DNA of 63,282 bases, the filler included, from Octopus bimaculoides (lineage: Eukaryota), in assembly GCF_001194135.2 (NCBI RefSeq). It is 3 parts of 3 records of this genome, joined end to end, with 100 filler letters (N's around TTAATTAATTAA, not from the genome) between each part and the next. Parts side by side here need not be neighbours in the genome. Positions count along the whole stretch, not along the records: positions 1 to 29,481 come from NC_069000.1; 2 more parts are not named here. The stretch is one strand, 5' to 3'. The notes under the pieces are model-generated. The model had not been told where the DNA came from. It saw only the letters and a list, made by a program, of their open reading frames with translations, and searched no databases. The position numbers were made by a program, and so were the translations under genes. Positions within the stretch are counted from its first letter, which is position 1. Each line of letters starts with the position of its first letter. Positions 14,701 to 27,330 of this stretch are shown here, piece after piece.

Positions 14701-15639
14701 TGTCTTCTTTTCAGATTAATTTGATGAGTCTATTCAGTAAGGAAACTAATGCGAATGTAAAATTAAGAGATGATTCCCCGACATCATCTTCACTCGTACA
14801 GTTCCGTTCCTCTAGCCCCCAACTTTAATCACTACACCCACTCCTTTTCCAAAACGTTGACTCTTCTGAAATTCTCTCCCCGACCATGTTTCTCCGGGAA
14901 TTATCTGTTTGCATACGATTCAAGACAAACATCATTCGCGTCGATCCCAGTGATCTCAGGAGACCTGTGATGACCATGGGATCAGCTCTTTCTTCCTGGC
15001 CAAACCAATAAATAGAAACAGAGTGGAAAATGAATTTCCGTATATTTCATTGTATCTTCAGTTTTCTTCAAATATTGACATTTTAGTTTTATGTACTTAA
15101 TTTTAAATTATCAGTTGGGTTATGTGTTTTACATAAAATTGCTTTGAAGTGTATTTTAAAATTTATGTTAATGTTCCCTTCGCATATTCATTATCCGTTT
15201 TAGTATATGATATATAATTTACAACTTTCTTAAACTCTTCTGTCTGCATTTATAGCAATTAAGTTCATCATCGTCAACATCAATGATAATAAAAGCGGCA
15301 GCAGCAGCAGCAGCAGCAGTAATAGCCGCAGCAGCAGTAGTCACATTGCTGCTGCAACAATAGTAGTATACATCCAAGGTCTAGATTGTCTGTCGCTGTC
15401 AGTGTGTATGTGTCTATGTGCTTGTCAGTCAGTCCGCATAGAATCAATCTTACAAAAGAGAGATAGCTGCGATACTCGATAGAAGGAGAAAAATTGTAAA
15501 TGTCACGTGACACGACCAACTGTCTTTCATTGGTCAGATTCTGTGCCAGACGCCTACAAGCAACTGCACTAGTGAAGACAGATTCAAAGGATTTCTCCAT
15601 GCTATAAAATCAGAGCGATATCAATGGATTGGCAGCATG

Positions 15640-16175
15640 ATAATTACGTCACAGAGAATAAAGAACAAAAAGACAAAAATAACAAACCAAAAATGAAAGA
15701 AAGAAAGAAAGAAAAATGTATTAAAGAAATCAAAGAAACATAGAATGGAGAAGATAGCAAAAGGAAAAAAAGAAGCAGAGAGAGAGAGAGAGAGAAGACA
15801 AAGAAAGAGGTTGCGAGCAAAAAGAGAGAAGGAAACGAATAGCGAAGGAGAGTGAGATAGAGAGAGAAGGAGTTTGTGTTTATGAGAGAGAGAGGAAGAG
15901 TGATAGAGACAGAAAGTGAGAAAGAGAGAAGGAAGGAAGAAGGTGTGAGAAAGAAAGAAAGAAAGAAAGAAGGAAGCGAAGAGAGGAAGAAGGTGAGAGA
16001 CAGTGTATAGGTGTATGAGAAAGAGATTGACAGAGATAGATGGAGAGAGGAGAAAGAAAGAAGGTATGGGAAAAGAGAGAGGGGGGAACAAATAGGGGGT
16101 AAGAAGGGAGAAAGAAAGAGAGACTGAAGAAGGGAGAAAGAGAATGGCAAAACATGAGAAAGGAAGTAGCACGTT

Positions 16176-16211
<36 letters not shown>

Positions 16212-16562
16212 CAGATTCGAAAACGAGAGATAAAGGCAAAAAGAAAGAGAGCAAAGACATATATATAGAGAGGGGGTTCAAAGAGCGGGAGTAAAGAAAA
16301 GAAGACAGAGATAGAAAACAAAGCCAGATATAGGGAGAGCCAAGATAGAAAAAGAGGGGGAGAGGGAGAGAGAGAGAGAGAGAGAGTGAAAGAGAGAATG
16401 AGTAGGAGCAGTGTTTGAGTAAGTAAAGCTAAAGAGAGAAAGAGTAAATGATGTAATGAGAAGAGGAGAAAAATCCAAGATGGGGAGGAAAAAAAGGGAT
16501 ATGATGAAAAGATGGGAAGAGGAGTATTGCATGAGTGGGAAATATAGCCAGAATGAGAGAGA

Positions 16563-16617
<55 letters not shown>

Positions 16618-16731
16618 NNNNNNNNNNNNNNNNNNNNNNNNNNNNNNNNNNNNNNNGAAGAAGAAGAAGAAGAAGAAGAAGAAGAAGAAGAAGAAGAAGA
16701 AGAAGAAGAAGAAGAAGAAGAAGAAGAAGAA

Positions 16732-16778
<47 letters not shown>

Positions 16779-16905
16779 AAAAGAAGAGATGAGGTGGTGG
16801 AGAGGGAGGAATGGTAAAGATAATGTTGAGAGAAAGAGAGAGACAGGAAGAGAGAAGACGGTAATGCATGCTGCTAGAGAAAAATGTGAGGAGGGAGAGA
16901 AAGAG

Positions 16906-16945
<40 letters not shown>

Positions 16946-17170
16946 CTGGTGAGAGTGGGAATGGCAAAAATGAGCAAATAAAAGGGGAAGAAGAAAGAGG
17001 GTAATAATGAAACAATGAACAAATAAAACGGGTGGGAGAAAGAGTAACATATGGAGAAGGAGAGAGTGAGAGAGAGGTGAGAGTGAGAGAGAGAGGGAGA
17101 GAGAGAGAGAGAGAGAGAGATAGAGGTAGAGAGAGTGAGAAAGAGAGAGAAGTGTCGGGGTGAAAAGAAG
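15640..17170. repeat. ~1.5-kb polypurine (A/G) low-complexity tract including (GA)n and (GAA)n (16657-16781)
   Basis: The plus strand is strongly A/G-skewed. The S/L/F-rich and E/K/R-rich ORFs here are by-products of this skew. Confidence 0.95.
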
Positions 17171-18286
17171 ACAGCGAAAATCAATTTATTGATTGAATGT
17201 TTGGAGGCTGTGCCGAGCGGGTTTGTAATTCAAAGTATCGATCGGTACGATACATAGATTGTATGCGACTGGAAATGCTTTATAGCGTATATAGCTATAT
17301 AAATAAACACGCACACATGTGAAAGATACGTATATATATGTGTGTGTATATAAATATATATATGCGTGTGTGTGTGTGTGTTTACATGTATATATATTGT
17401 GTGTATGTGTGCGTGCGTGCGTGCGTGCGTGTGTGCGTGCATGTGCGCTTGTATGTGTATATCCGTTAATGCCCGTTTGTGTATGCCCGTATATTCATAC
17501 GTGTTTGTTTATATACAAATCATGCAAGCAGATGTTACAATTTTAGTCACAATAGAACATGCACAGACGCACATGTCTTCATGCACACGCATACATACAC
17601 ACAGGCGTACACGTGTATGTGGGAATATATGTTTCTACATGGTTTATATTTATATATCATCTATTTTCTTCTGCTTTGTCTCCTTTAAATTCCTTTTATA
17701 TCAATTTCAGCGTGTTCTTCAGTATCTAACCATTTCCATGCATTTACCTATCTATTTATCTAAGAATCGATCGATCGATTCATCAATGTAACTTCCTCTC
17801 TATTCGCCCCCCCCCCCAACACCTCTTGTCCATTAATCCACCGTTAGTTACTTGTATCGTATCCTTTTTATTACCCTTGTGTATAAAATGTTTATGTTAT
17901 TACTACATACATACGTACGTACGTACGTACGTACAAACATACATACATACGTACGTACGTACGTACGTACGTACATATATATACACGCATACACATATAC
18001 ATATATAAATATATACAAACATGCATGCATTCAAGCATGTATATATATATGTGTGTGTGTGTCTATGTGTGTGTGTGTGTCTATGTGTGTGTGTGTGTTG
18101 ATATACATACACTCATATATATATACATGAATACATATACAACCATGAATTTACCTATATACACACACATAACACACATACATGCAGGCATACATACATA
18201 TATGCATACATTCATGCATACATACATACATACATACATACAGTCATACATACTTACATACGTACATACATACATACATACATACA

Positions 18287-18320
<34 letters not shown>

Positions 18321-19105
18321 CATAAAATGTAAATCTACATTACTATTTTTCTGCTATTTCTTTTTCATAATTCTTATTTTTTTCGGTTTTGTCTATCCCA
18401 TAAATTTTCAATTATTGCATCAAATATTTTACCTTGCCATTTGCTCTCCTTTGATTGGTTAGTTTCTAGGTGACTGCCATCACAAGCGCCATCTAACGAG
18501 GTAATGAAAAGTGAGGCTCGTTTTCTATTAAGTCGATGCTGTAACATGGCATCACACGTTTCATTGCAATGTTGCAGGAATGCATCACCATCCTCATGCT
18601 AGTGGAGATCATTAATTTGCCGCCGTCATCTTTGTTGTTGTCGCCATCATTATTAAAACAGATTGATAAGTGATATTAACGACAATCGCAATGTTAGGGA
18701 TACAGCTATAGTAGCAGGGGCGAGTGTATTAGATGGCATGACGGCGAAGGCGGTACAGTAGTTGGCGATGAACGGTAGTGGTTATAGGGAATAATATTCA
18801 GGAATATAGTAGTAGGAATTTCAATATCAGCTCCACTACCACAACCCCCATCTACAACAAAACCTTCAACACATCAACATCAATAGCAGTAACACGATCA
18901 ACACGATCCAACTAGAGACCCTCTATTTCGTTATTCGACCTGCCAGACAGAATAGTAAAATCACCCTTAAATTCTACACCACCATCTTGAATACACCGCA
19001 TTAGATAATATAATCCATGATGACCCATTCAAATATAGAACAGTCATGACTGGAATGAGTTTTATCACGCTTGCTCAAGTCTTAGGTAGAGTTAATCAGA
19101 AACAG

Positions 19106-19112
19106 TACAATG

Positions 19113-19173
<61 letters not shown>

Positions 19174-19505
19174 TAATAGCCACAGTGATAACAAACAAAA
19201 ACAACAACAAGAACAGAATCAGCACCAACAACACAACAGCAGCAACACCACACACCATCAACCCGTAGTAATAATGCTAACAGTTGTTTAGGAGGGAATG
19301 CAAAGGTCAAGGTTGCTCTTCCACAACCACGTAATGGATAAAACACACCAACAATAGCAGCAACCGTCGTCGATTCCACCACTACCACCGTTGCCACCAG
19401 CACCACCGTCCTACTACTACTACTACTACTACTACTACTAATAATAATAATAATAATAACAATAATAATAATAATAATGATAATAAATAATGATGATGAT
19501 GATGA

Positions 19506-19543
<38 letters not shown>

Positions 19544-19624
19544 TTACTACTACTACTACTACAGATATTAATAATAATAATAATAATAATAATAGTAATA
19601 ATTAATAATGATGATGATGACGAA

Positions 19625-19663
<39 letters not shown>

Positions 19664-19693
19664 AATGATGATGATGAAGATGATGATGATGAA

Positions 19694-19726
<33 letters not shown>

Positions 19727-19728
19727 AT

Positions 19729-19783
<55 letters not shown>

Positions 19784-19982
19784 GTAGCTGCTGCACCTGC
19801 TTCTCCTTCTGCAACTAGCTCTACAACAATAACAAACAACAAGGACTGCAACTGTAGCAGCAACTGCAGTGCCTCTATGGAGTTGGATTTTGTGGCCCCC
19901 ACATATAAAAAGGCGATTTCATCATAGTGGGAACGCTACTTGATCATAGTGGGGAAAGAATAGGTCTATTCTTTCATAGCAA

Positions 19983-20038
<56 letters not shown>

Positions 20039-20137
20039 TTATCACCATCCATGACCTCTACCCCTGCACACCCCCATCACACTACTAATACTACTACGTC
20101 TACTACCATCTTCACACCGCCACCACCACTGCTGTTG

Positions 20138-20175
<38 letters not shown>
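19106..20175. repeat. Compound trinucleotide microsatellite field: (TAA)n, (CTA)n, (GAT)n
   Basis: Directly visible alternating blocks. Confidence 0.97.
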
Positions 20176-20179
<4 letters not shown>

Positions 20180-20186
20180 GACACTC

Positions 20187-20515
20187 CACTATAGCCCCAC
20201 CACCACAACACACCCCACTACAGCCCCACCACCACACACCACACTATAGCTTCACCACACACCCCCACACAGCCCACCATCACACACCCCACTACAGCCC
20301 CACCACCACACACCACACTATAGCTTCACCACACACCCCCACACAGCCCCACCATCACACACCCCACTACAGCCCAACCACCACACACCTTACTATAGCC
20401 CCACCATCACACATCCCACTATAGCCCCGCCATCACACACCCCACTATAGCCCCACAATCACACACCCCACTATAGTCCTACCACCTCACACCCAACTAT
20501 AGCCCCACCACCACT
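20187..20515. repeat. C-rich ~26-bp minisatellite (ccactatagccccaccatcacacacc) with a ~74-bp higher-order unit
   Basis: About 13 units. actacagccc starts recur at 20217, 20291 and 20366 with the same internal variants. Confidence 0.85.
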
Positions 20516-20675
20516 CTAGCTGCTACTACCACTATACTACTACTACTACAATAACTACTACTACCACCACCACCCTACCGTACCCCCACTGCTGCTGCTG
20601 CTGTAGTAGCTGCTACTACAACTATACCACTACAATTACTACTACCATCATAACCTCACTATACCCCTACATCTG

Positions 20676-20727
<52 letters not shown>

Positions 20728-23320
20728 ATCCTTGTTTTTACTTAGTAAACCTTAATATTTCATACTCAAAATGGAAAGACTGGAAAACAAAAAAGCAGGG
20801 CTCTACGACGTCCATGTTATTACCAAGGGCATTGAGTGACATAACGGGAGCAGTTGAAACTGGTTATCAGAATCATAAAATACCCCTTCCCTAGTCACTG
20901 GTTATTTCTATGGTGATGATGATTTATTTTCATTGCAGTGGATGAAGGCAATAATGAACAATAGTGATTAATCCACAAACTGGTGATTTTCTGACTGGAT
21001 GGTGTCATCTTGCATATATGAGAAGGCGTCTACCACTACGTCTCTGCGAATAGCAATGCAGATCTTAGCTATTAAGGTGATTTGACTCGACTCAGATACT
21101 AAAATGATGACTATTTAAGTAATGACCAGGTTAGGAAAGCTAAATTTTCTCGGGTGACCAAGGACTTCGGNNNNNNNNNNNNNNNNNNNNNNNNNNNNNN
21201 NNNNNNNNNNNNNNNNNNNNNNNNNNNNNNNNNNNNNNNNNNNNNNNNNNNNNNNNNNNNNNNNNNCTACATTTTATAGTAAAATGGTTTGTTTGAGTGG
21301 AGCGCTGTATTGAGAAAGGACCACCTTAAAAACGCTCAAGCAATATCAGCTGACACCCAGATATGTAACTGATGAAATTTTCTTATCTTCTCAGAATAAT
21401 TTAATGATGAACACTACTTTGAATTCATCTATTAAAATAAGTTTGATATCTGCACAGTCACCCTTAAGTAAAGAATCAAAAAAATCTAATTCGTAGATTC
21501 CCGATCAAAAAGCATGATAATAATGATCTTTTGAATTATGCTCCTTGAATTATGCACCATAAAAGTTTAATTTGTCCTGTTAAGAAAAAAAAAAAACATA
21601 CAAACTCACTTTTACAAGTTAGTTAAAATGAAGTTAATTATCAAAAATGACTGGAGAATTTACTTAAATAGAGAAGATGTTCAAGAATCGGTTGGATTCT
21701 TAAGCGATTTTGTCGTGATTTAGGGATTAGAGACAGTGGATTAAAGTTGGAACAAGCAGGTTGGCTAGGAGTCGCTGCAAATACTGATCCCTGAAATAGA
21801 GATAGTAAAAGCAGCTATTTAAAAGATTTGTGCGCGCGCGCGTGTGTGCGTGTGCTTACTAAGATTTCTTTTTCGGCGGCAGACTTTATCTCTGCTGCTT
21901 GGTTTAGGACCAGTACCTGACCCTCGAGTGCTTCTGGTAAAGTCCACTCTATTGCAAGTAATTGGTCAAGATCTGTGTTCTGAATATAACTTCCTTACTT
22001 CAGCTCACCAGTTTTGAAAGCTCTGAAAAGGGTTAAGAGTGCTGCCCCTTTCTTCTCTGACTAAGTTATTAACATAGATAGATAAGTACGACCTGTTTCA
22101 CACAATATAAAATCGAGAGAACGGGTCTCAGTCTAACTTCAGAGAGGTTCGGATTAAATTAAAGCAATCGGAAATATATTAGTATATTAATTATCATTTA
22201 GTGACCAGACATAGACCTATTTTCAGGTGCTTACCCCCACATGTACTACAATAATCTCCTAAGTCGATAGGATGTGCGGCTACCACAAGAAAATGTACAA
22301 CACAGCATATTGGTTAGGTAGATTGTGTTTCAGGACACTATTTCAGTACACATTAGCTTTTCGGATAATAGTGTGAAATGAACGCTCTCGGGTCATACCC
22401 AAACTGATACACAAGGGTGAGATGTTTATTTGCGCATTTAAACAGTTTATATACCGGAGCAGTGCGCGCCCAATTCTATAGGTAAAAATCAACGACTAGA
22501 TCAAAATCCAGGCTATACAAATCGGGTGTCTTCAACTCGTTATCTAGAGTTTAAGGACTCTTACGGCTGATGCTTGTCGCTAATTTAAAGATTAGGCTAA
22601 TGTTTGGTTCCTTTCAGGACCCTCCATCAACCCACTCAGTTGAAAACAAGATAATGCGACTAAATGCTTAGAATTGATGTTCATCTTTGTATCACATTTA
22701 TTGTGTGCTTTTGGAATGAGATATCCTACATTAAAACTATTTTATCAAAGAACACTACTTTTTTCAGTGAAGTGCTCATGATCCTAAGATATATTAGCTT
22801 CTGGTTGATGTTGGGTCATATATGAGGTTGAAATATTCTGACAACAATAAATGGTATCTGCCCATTATGAGGTACACCTTATTACAGATGCTTCCAGTAA
22901 CTTGAATCAACTATAAAGGTAAACGCTTGCAACTTGATACTTGATGTGTTAATAGATGATCTCTGTTCATCTGCAGTTTTGAAAACTTACTACTAAACCA
23001 CTCCATGACATTCTTGAATCAGTTAGTGAGCATTACAAATTCTCATACAGATTTTCCAGTGCAGCTAGATGGATGTGCATACATTTAAATGATGCATATG
23101 CATCCAGTGATCAAAACTCGAAGCTATGCATTCTTACATATCATCCTCACTCTTAGTCCACACGTTCATGTCCCTTCAATAAGAATTTTTTTTTTCGGTA
23201 ATTACTTGCGAAATCATATTACCTTCGTGTTTGCAATTATAATCTATCAGATTCAACGTGCAGCTCGGAATGTTTAGCTACATGTCAAAATTCATTATTA
23301 ATATTTCTTCGTTTTAAGGA

Positions 23321-23515
23321 AGCAAGCTGGCAGAAATGTTAGTACGTTGGACAAAATTTCTTTTTCGTTATTTACATTCTGTGTTCAAATTCCGCCGAAA
23401 ACATTTTTACCTTTCGTCCTTCCGGGCAAGCATATAATGTACCAGTCAAATACTGGTATCGATTTTATTGATTACACTTAGTGCCCACTTAAATATCAGG
23501 CGCTGTACCTCATTT
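23321..23515 (+). mobile_element. Diverged family A SINE
   Basis: gcaagctggcagaaatgttagtacg head, gtgttcaaattccgccg B box and acctttcgtccttccggg core. Confidence 0.65.
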
Positions 23516-23986
23516 GAAACAATTACTATAGTCAATATTATTTTCAGAAGAACTGGAGATGTCTGAATCCTTAAAATACTGGATTAAACATTATGATGAA
23601 ATTCATAATTGAAATTCTGGTCTCATCGAATGTCGATCTACCTGTCATCACTCAGAAGTTGATAAATAAGTACCAATAATGTATCGATTCGATTAATTGA
23701 CTCCTCTGTAACTGGCTAAACAACAAATTTTAATAATTTACTTCCAGTAAGCATGATTATTATTTCCGCTGGGATAAATTAGCATCACTGAAACATATGA
23801 ACTTTAATTTCTTTATTGTTATTAACATATTCCTATTTGGAAGGAATGGGTAGTGCAGCTGACTATCTATATCATTTGTATATGTATATATGCATGTATG
23901 CATGCATGTATGTATGTATGTATGCATGCATGCAGGTATGTATGTATGTATGTATGTATGTATGTATGTGTATACACATACACACA

Positions 23987-24098
<112 letters not shown>

Positions 24099-24492
24099 CA
24101 TATATACAGAAGTGAAATGAGGTATTGGTTAAGATGGTATTTGAAAATTGAATGAAGGGGCACAGCGTCAGACTCTTAAGAAGCATTTAATTTTCCCCCT
24201 TTCCCCTACTATTTTCATAATTCTAACGCATTTCACTTCCATAATCTATTGTCATTTGTTCAACCAACTCTATTGGAAGTAGTAAAACTAGAAAAGGCTG
24301 AGAAGAAACTTCAGTAGAATTAAATCTCTCACGACAACGGAACAACGTTAGTAGCAGTAGCGACAGAAAATGGCGACCCAAAAACATCTATGAATTTTTT
24401 TTTCTCAATATTTCTGAATGTACCCTTAATCCATTATTATTACTACTAATCTTAGGGAAAATATTTTGCGGCATTAATTCAGGAGGGTCATT

Positions 24493-24625
24493 GCATTCTG
24501 AGTTCAAATACCCACGAGGTTGATTTTGCTGTTCATACTTTCGGGGTCGCCATAAGTAGTACCAGTTAACTACTAGGGTCGATGCATTCGACTAACCCCA
24601 CTACCCTAATTTCAGGTCTTTGAGC
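24493..24625 (+). mobile_element. Diverged family A SINE fragment
   Basis: ttctgagttcaaatacccacgaggttgattttgctgttcatactttcggggtc...gtaccagtt. Another 3' fragment lies at 25171-25260. Confidence 0.65.
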
Positions 24626-24649
24626 TTATTACTAGATGTATTATTATTT

Positions 24650-24870
<221 letters not shown>

Positions 24871-26128
24871 NNNNNNNNNNNNNNNNNNNNNNNNNNNNNN
24901 NNNNNNNNNNNNNNNNNNNNNNNNNNNNNNNNNNNNNNNNNNNNNNNNNNNNNNNNNNNNNNNNNNNNNNNNNNNNNNNNNNNNNNNNNNNNNNNNNNNN
25001 NNNNNNNNNNNNNNNNNNNNNNNNNNNNNNNNNNNNNNNNNNNNNNNNNNNNNNNNNNNNNNNNNNNNNNNNNNNNNNNNNNNNNNNNNNNNNNNNNNNN
25101 NNNNNNNNNNNNNNNNNNNNNNNNNNNNNNNNNNNNNNNNNNNNNNNNNNNNNNNNNNNNNNNNNNNNNNAAATCAAGTACCAGTGAAACACTGAGGGTC
25201 GATGTAATCAACTCATCCCCTTCCCCAAAATGGCTGCTCCTGTGGCAAAATTTGAAACCATTATTATTATTATTATTATTATCATTATTATTATTATACT
25301 CTGGTTTGCGTCTTGAATATTTGGTGCAGGTATCAAATAAATTTCTTCAAAGTTTGATTTTACTTTTTATCCTCTTTTATTTTCCAGTCTCCACCTTCAA
25401 TGCTCATCGTAATCAATCCAATTCATTTCCTCTTTCTATTTCTTTTACACCCTCTCACTCACTTTTCTGTTTTCATTCATTTGCTGTTTTTTTTTTGTTT
25501 TTTTTTAACTGACAGTATATATATTTTTTTCATTTCTTTTTTTATTTGACACGTTTATTCCTCTGATCTTTCGCTCTAACTCTCTATCATCGCCATTCCT
25601 TCTACAACCTATTCGGAACAATCTCAAAGATCTCAATGTCGAGAATAATTTAAAATGGTCGGGCACACATTAATAATTCGTTGAATTTGATTGGACGAAT
25701 TCTAGGTCAGTGCCTTCGTTAGATTAACATGTTCATTACATTTCTGTAATAGCTCTACCATATAACAATATTTCGTTTGTTCTTGAGCAACAACAAATCT
25801 TTTCAAAGAACTCGTTTTAAGCTCAATCGAGTGAGGATAGAAGGAAGCAAAGCATAATAGATTTCTGTTACTAACTATAAAATTCTACAATGAAAAACCT
25901 GAAATAAAGGTTATAGGAATAAGGTATTCTCTAATTTGGCCGTTAATCTTATACTTCTAGACTGTTTTCGACAGTATTTGATTTTTGTACACGGCTGTAG
26001 GTAGTTATTCTGTTTACTTCTATAAAAGTTATGTGTACAATACAAAAAACATTGAACTGGTAAATCCGAGAAGGTTGGATAATAATATTGTGTATACTCA
26101 TTTATACTTATTTACTTACACATATACA

Positions 26129-26346
26129 AGCCTTTCTACTATAGGCACAAGGCCTGAAATTTATAGGAGGGGAAATCAATTACATGGACACTAACGGCAA
26201 CTGGTATTCTGGTATTTATTTCATCGACCCCCGAAAAGATGAAAGTCAGAGTGACCTCGGCGGAATTTAAACTCAAAACGTAAAGATGGACGAAATGCCG
26301 CCAAGCGTTTTGTCCGGCGTGTTGACGATTCTGCCAGTTCACCGCC
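26129..26346 (-). mobile_element. Family A SINE
   Basis: The reverse complement starts ggcggtgaactggcagaatcgtcaacacgccgg and has the B box, core and tail ccttgtgcctatagtagaaagg. Confidence 0.85.
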
Positions 26347-26701
26347 CCAATTGATACATATAATACATATACTATACGTAGGTATTATATGTATTATATA
26401 TTTAATTCTTATAAATTCTTTCAAATACGAATTATGCAAGTATGTTTATGTACACACAACTATATTTATATGTAGGGCGATGGCAGTAAAGAACAGAGGA
26501 ATGTATCCATACTGTGCTGGACAACCAAGTGAGAAAGTGTACTAATTTGTAATCTGTCTTTGGAAATATCATCTGGCTCTCAATTAGACAGCATAAATAA
26601 GCAGCCCAAACAGAAACCCTTCGCCGCCGTATTTATAAGTGCTGTAAAATTGACTATATCGTTAGCTGGCAATGTTTACTTCACTTGCACTAAGGTGTGT
26701 T

Positions 26702-26719
<18 letters not shown>

Positions 26720-26738
<19 letters not shown>

Positions 26739-26840
26739 AAGAGAACGAGAGAGAGAGAAAGAGAACGAGAGAGAGAGAAAGAGAACGAGAGAGAGAGAAA
26801 GAGAACGAGAGAGAGAGAAAGAGAACGAGAGAGAGAGATG
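26720..26840. repeat. 20-bp minisatellite (gagaacgagagagagagaaa)n derived from (GA)n
   Basis: About five consecutive 20-bp units visible at 26741-26837. Confidence 0.85.
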
Positions 26841-27299
26841 AGAGAGAAGACAATAAAGGAGTAAAGTCTGTAGGACTGATCACTCATTCATGGAAAACTA
26901 TGCACAAAATCAACTAATTGAATCGATTGTCTGATACCGAACAGAGCGAAAAGATGCAATCGGTAAAAATAAATTTAAAAAAAAAAAACTGAGCTAAATG
27001 CCGTACCATATTATGCCAGGCGCAAAAACCACTGAAGAGGTTTCTTTATGTACCACTGAAGATTCGTTTCGATTAAGTATTTGGGAAAGATATTATTTTT
27101 ACAATCTTCGTTTATCTCACGCTTATGCGATACCAGTGCCCCCATCAACAGAACAAAATACACTTTTGTTTCGTTTAAAATTTCAGTTCTAATAAATTAT
27201 TGTTTGTTGTCGTTTCCTATGTATTTGTGTGTGTGTTTGTATATATGTACGTATCCACATGTGTGTGTGCATGTGTACACATGCTTATATATACATTAA

Positions 27300-27330
<31 letters not shown>

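Noticed and set aside
15280-20000. Long ORFs rich in S/L/F, E/K/R, poly-N/D/T/Y (e.g. 16278-17015, 16456-17004, 19490-19927)
   Set aside because: They are translations of (GA)n, (GAA)n, (TAA)n, (GAT)n and (CTA)n microsatellites, open on both strands, with no splice or domain evidence.
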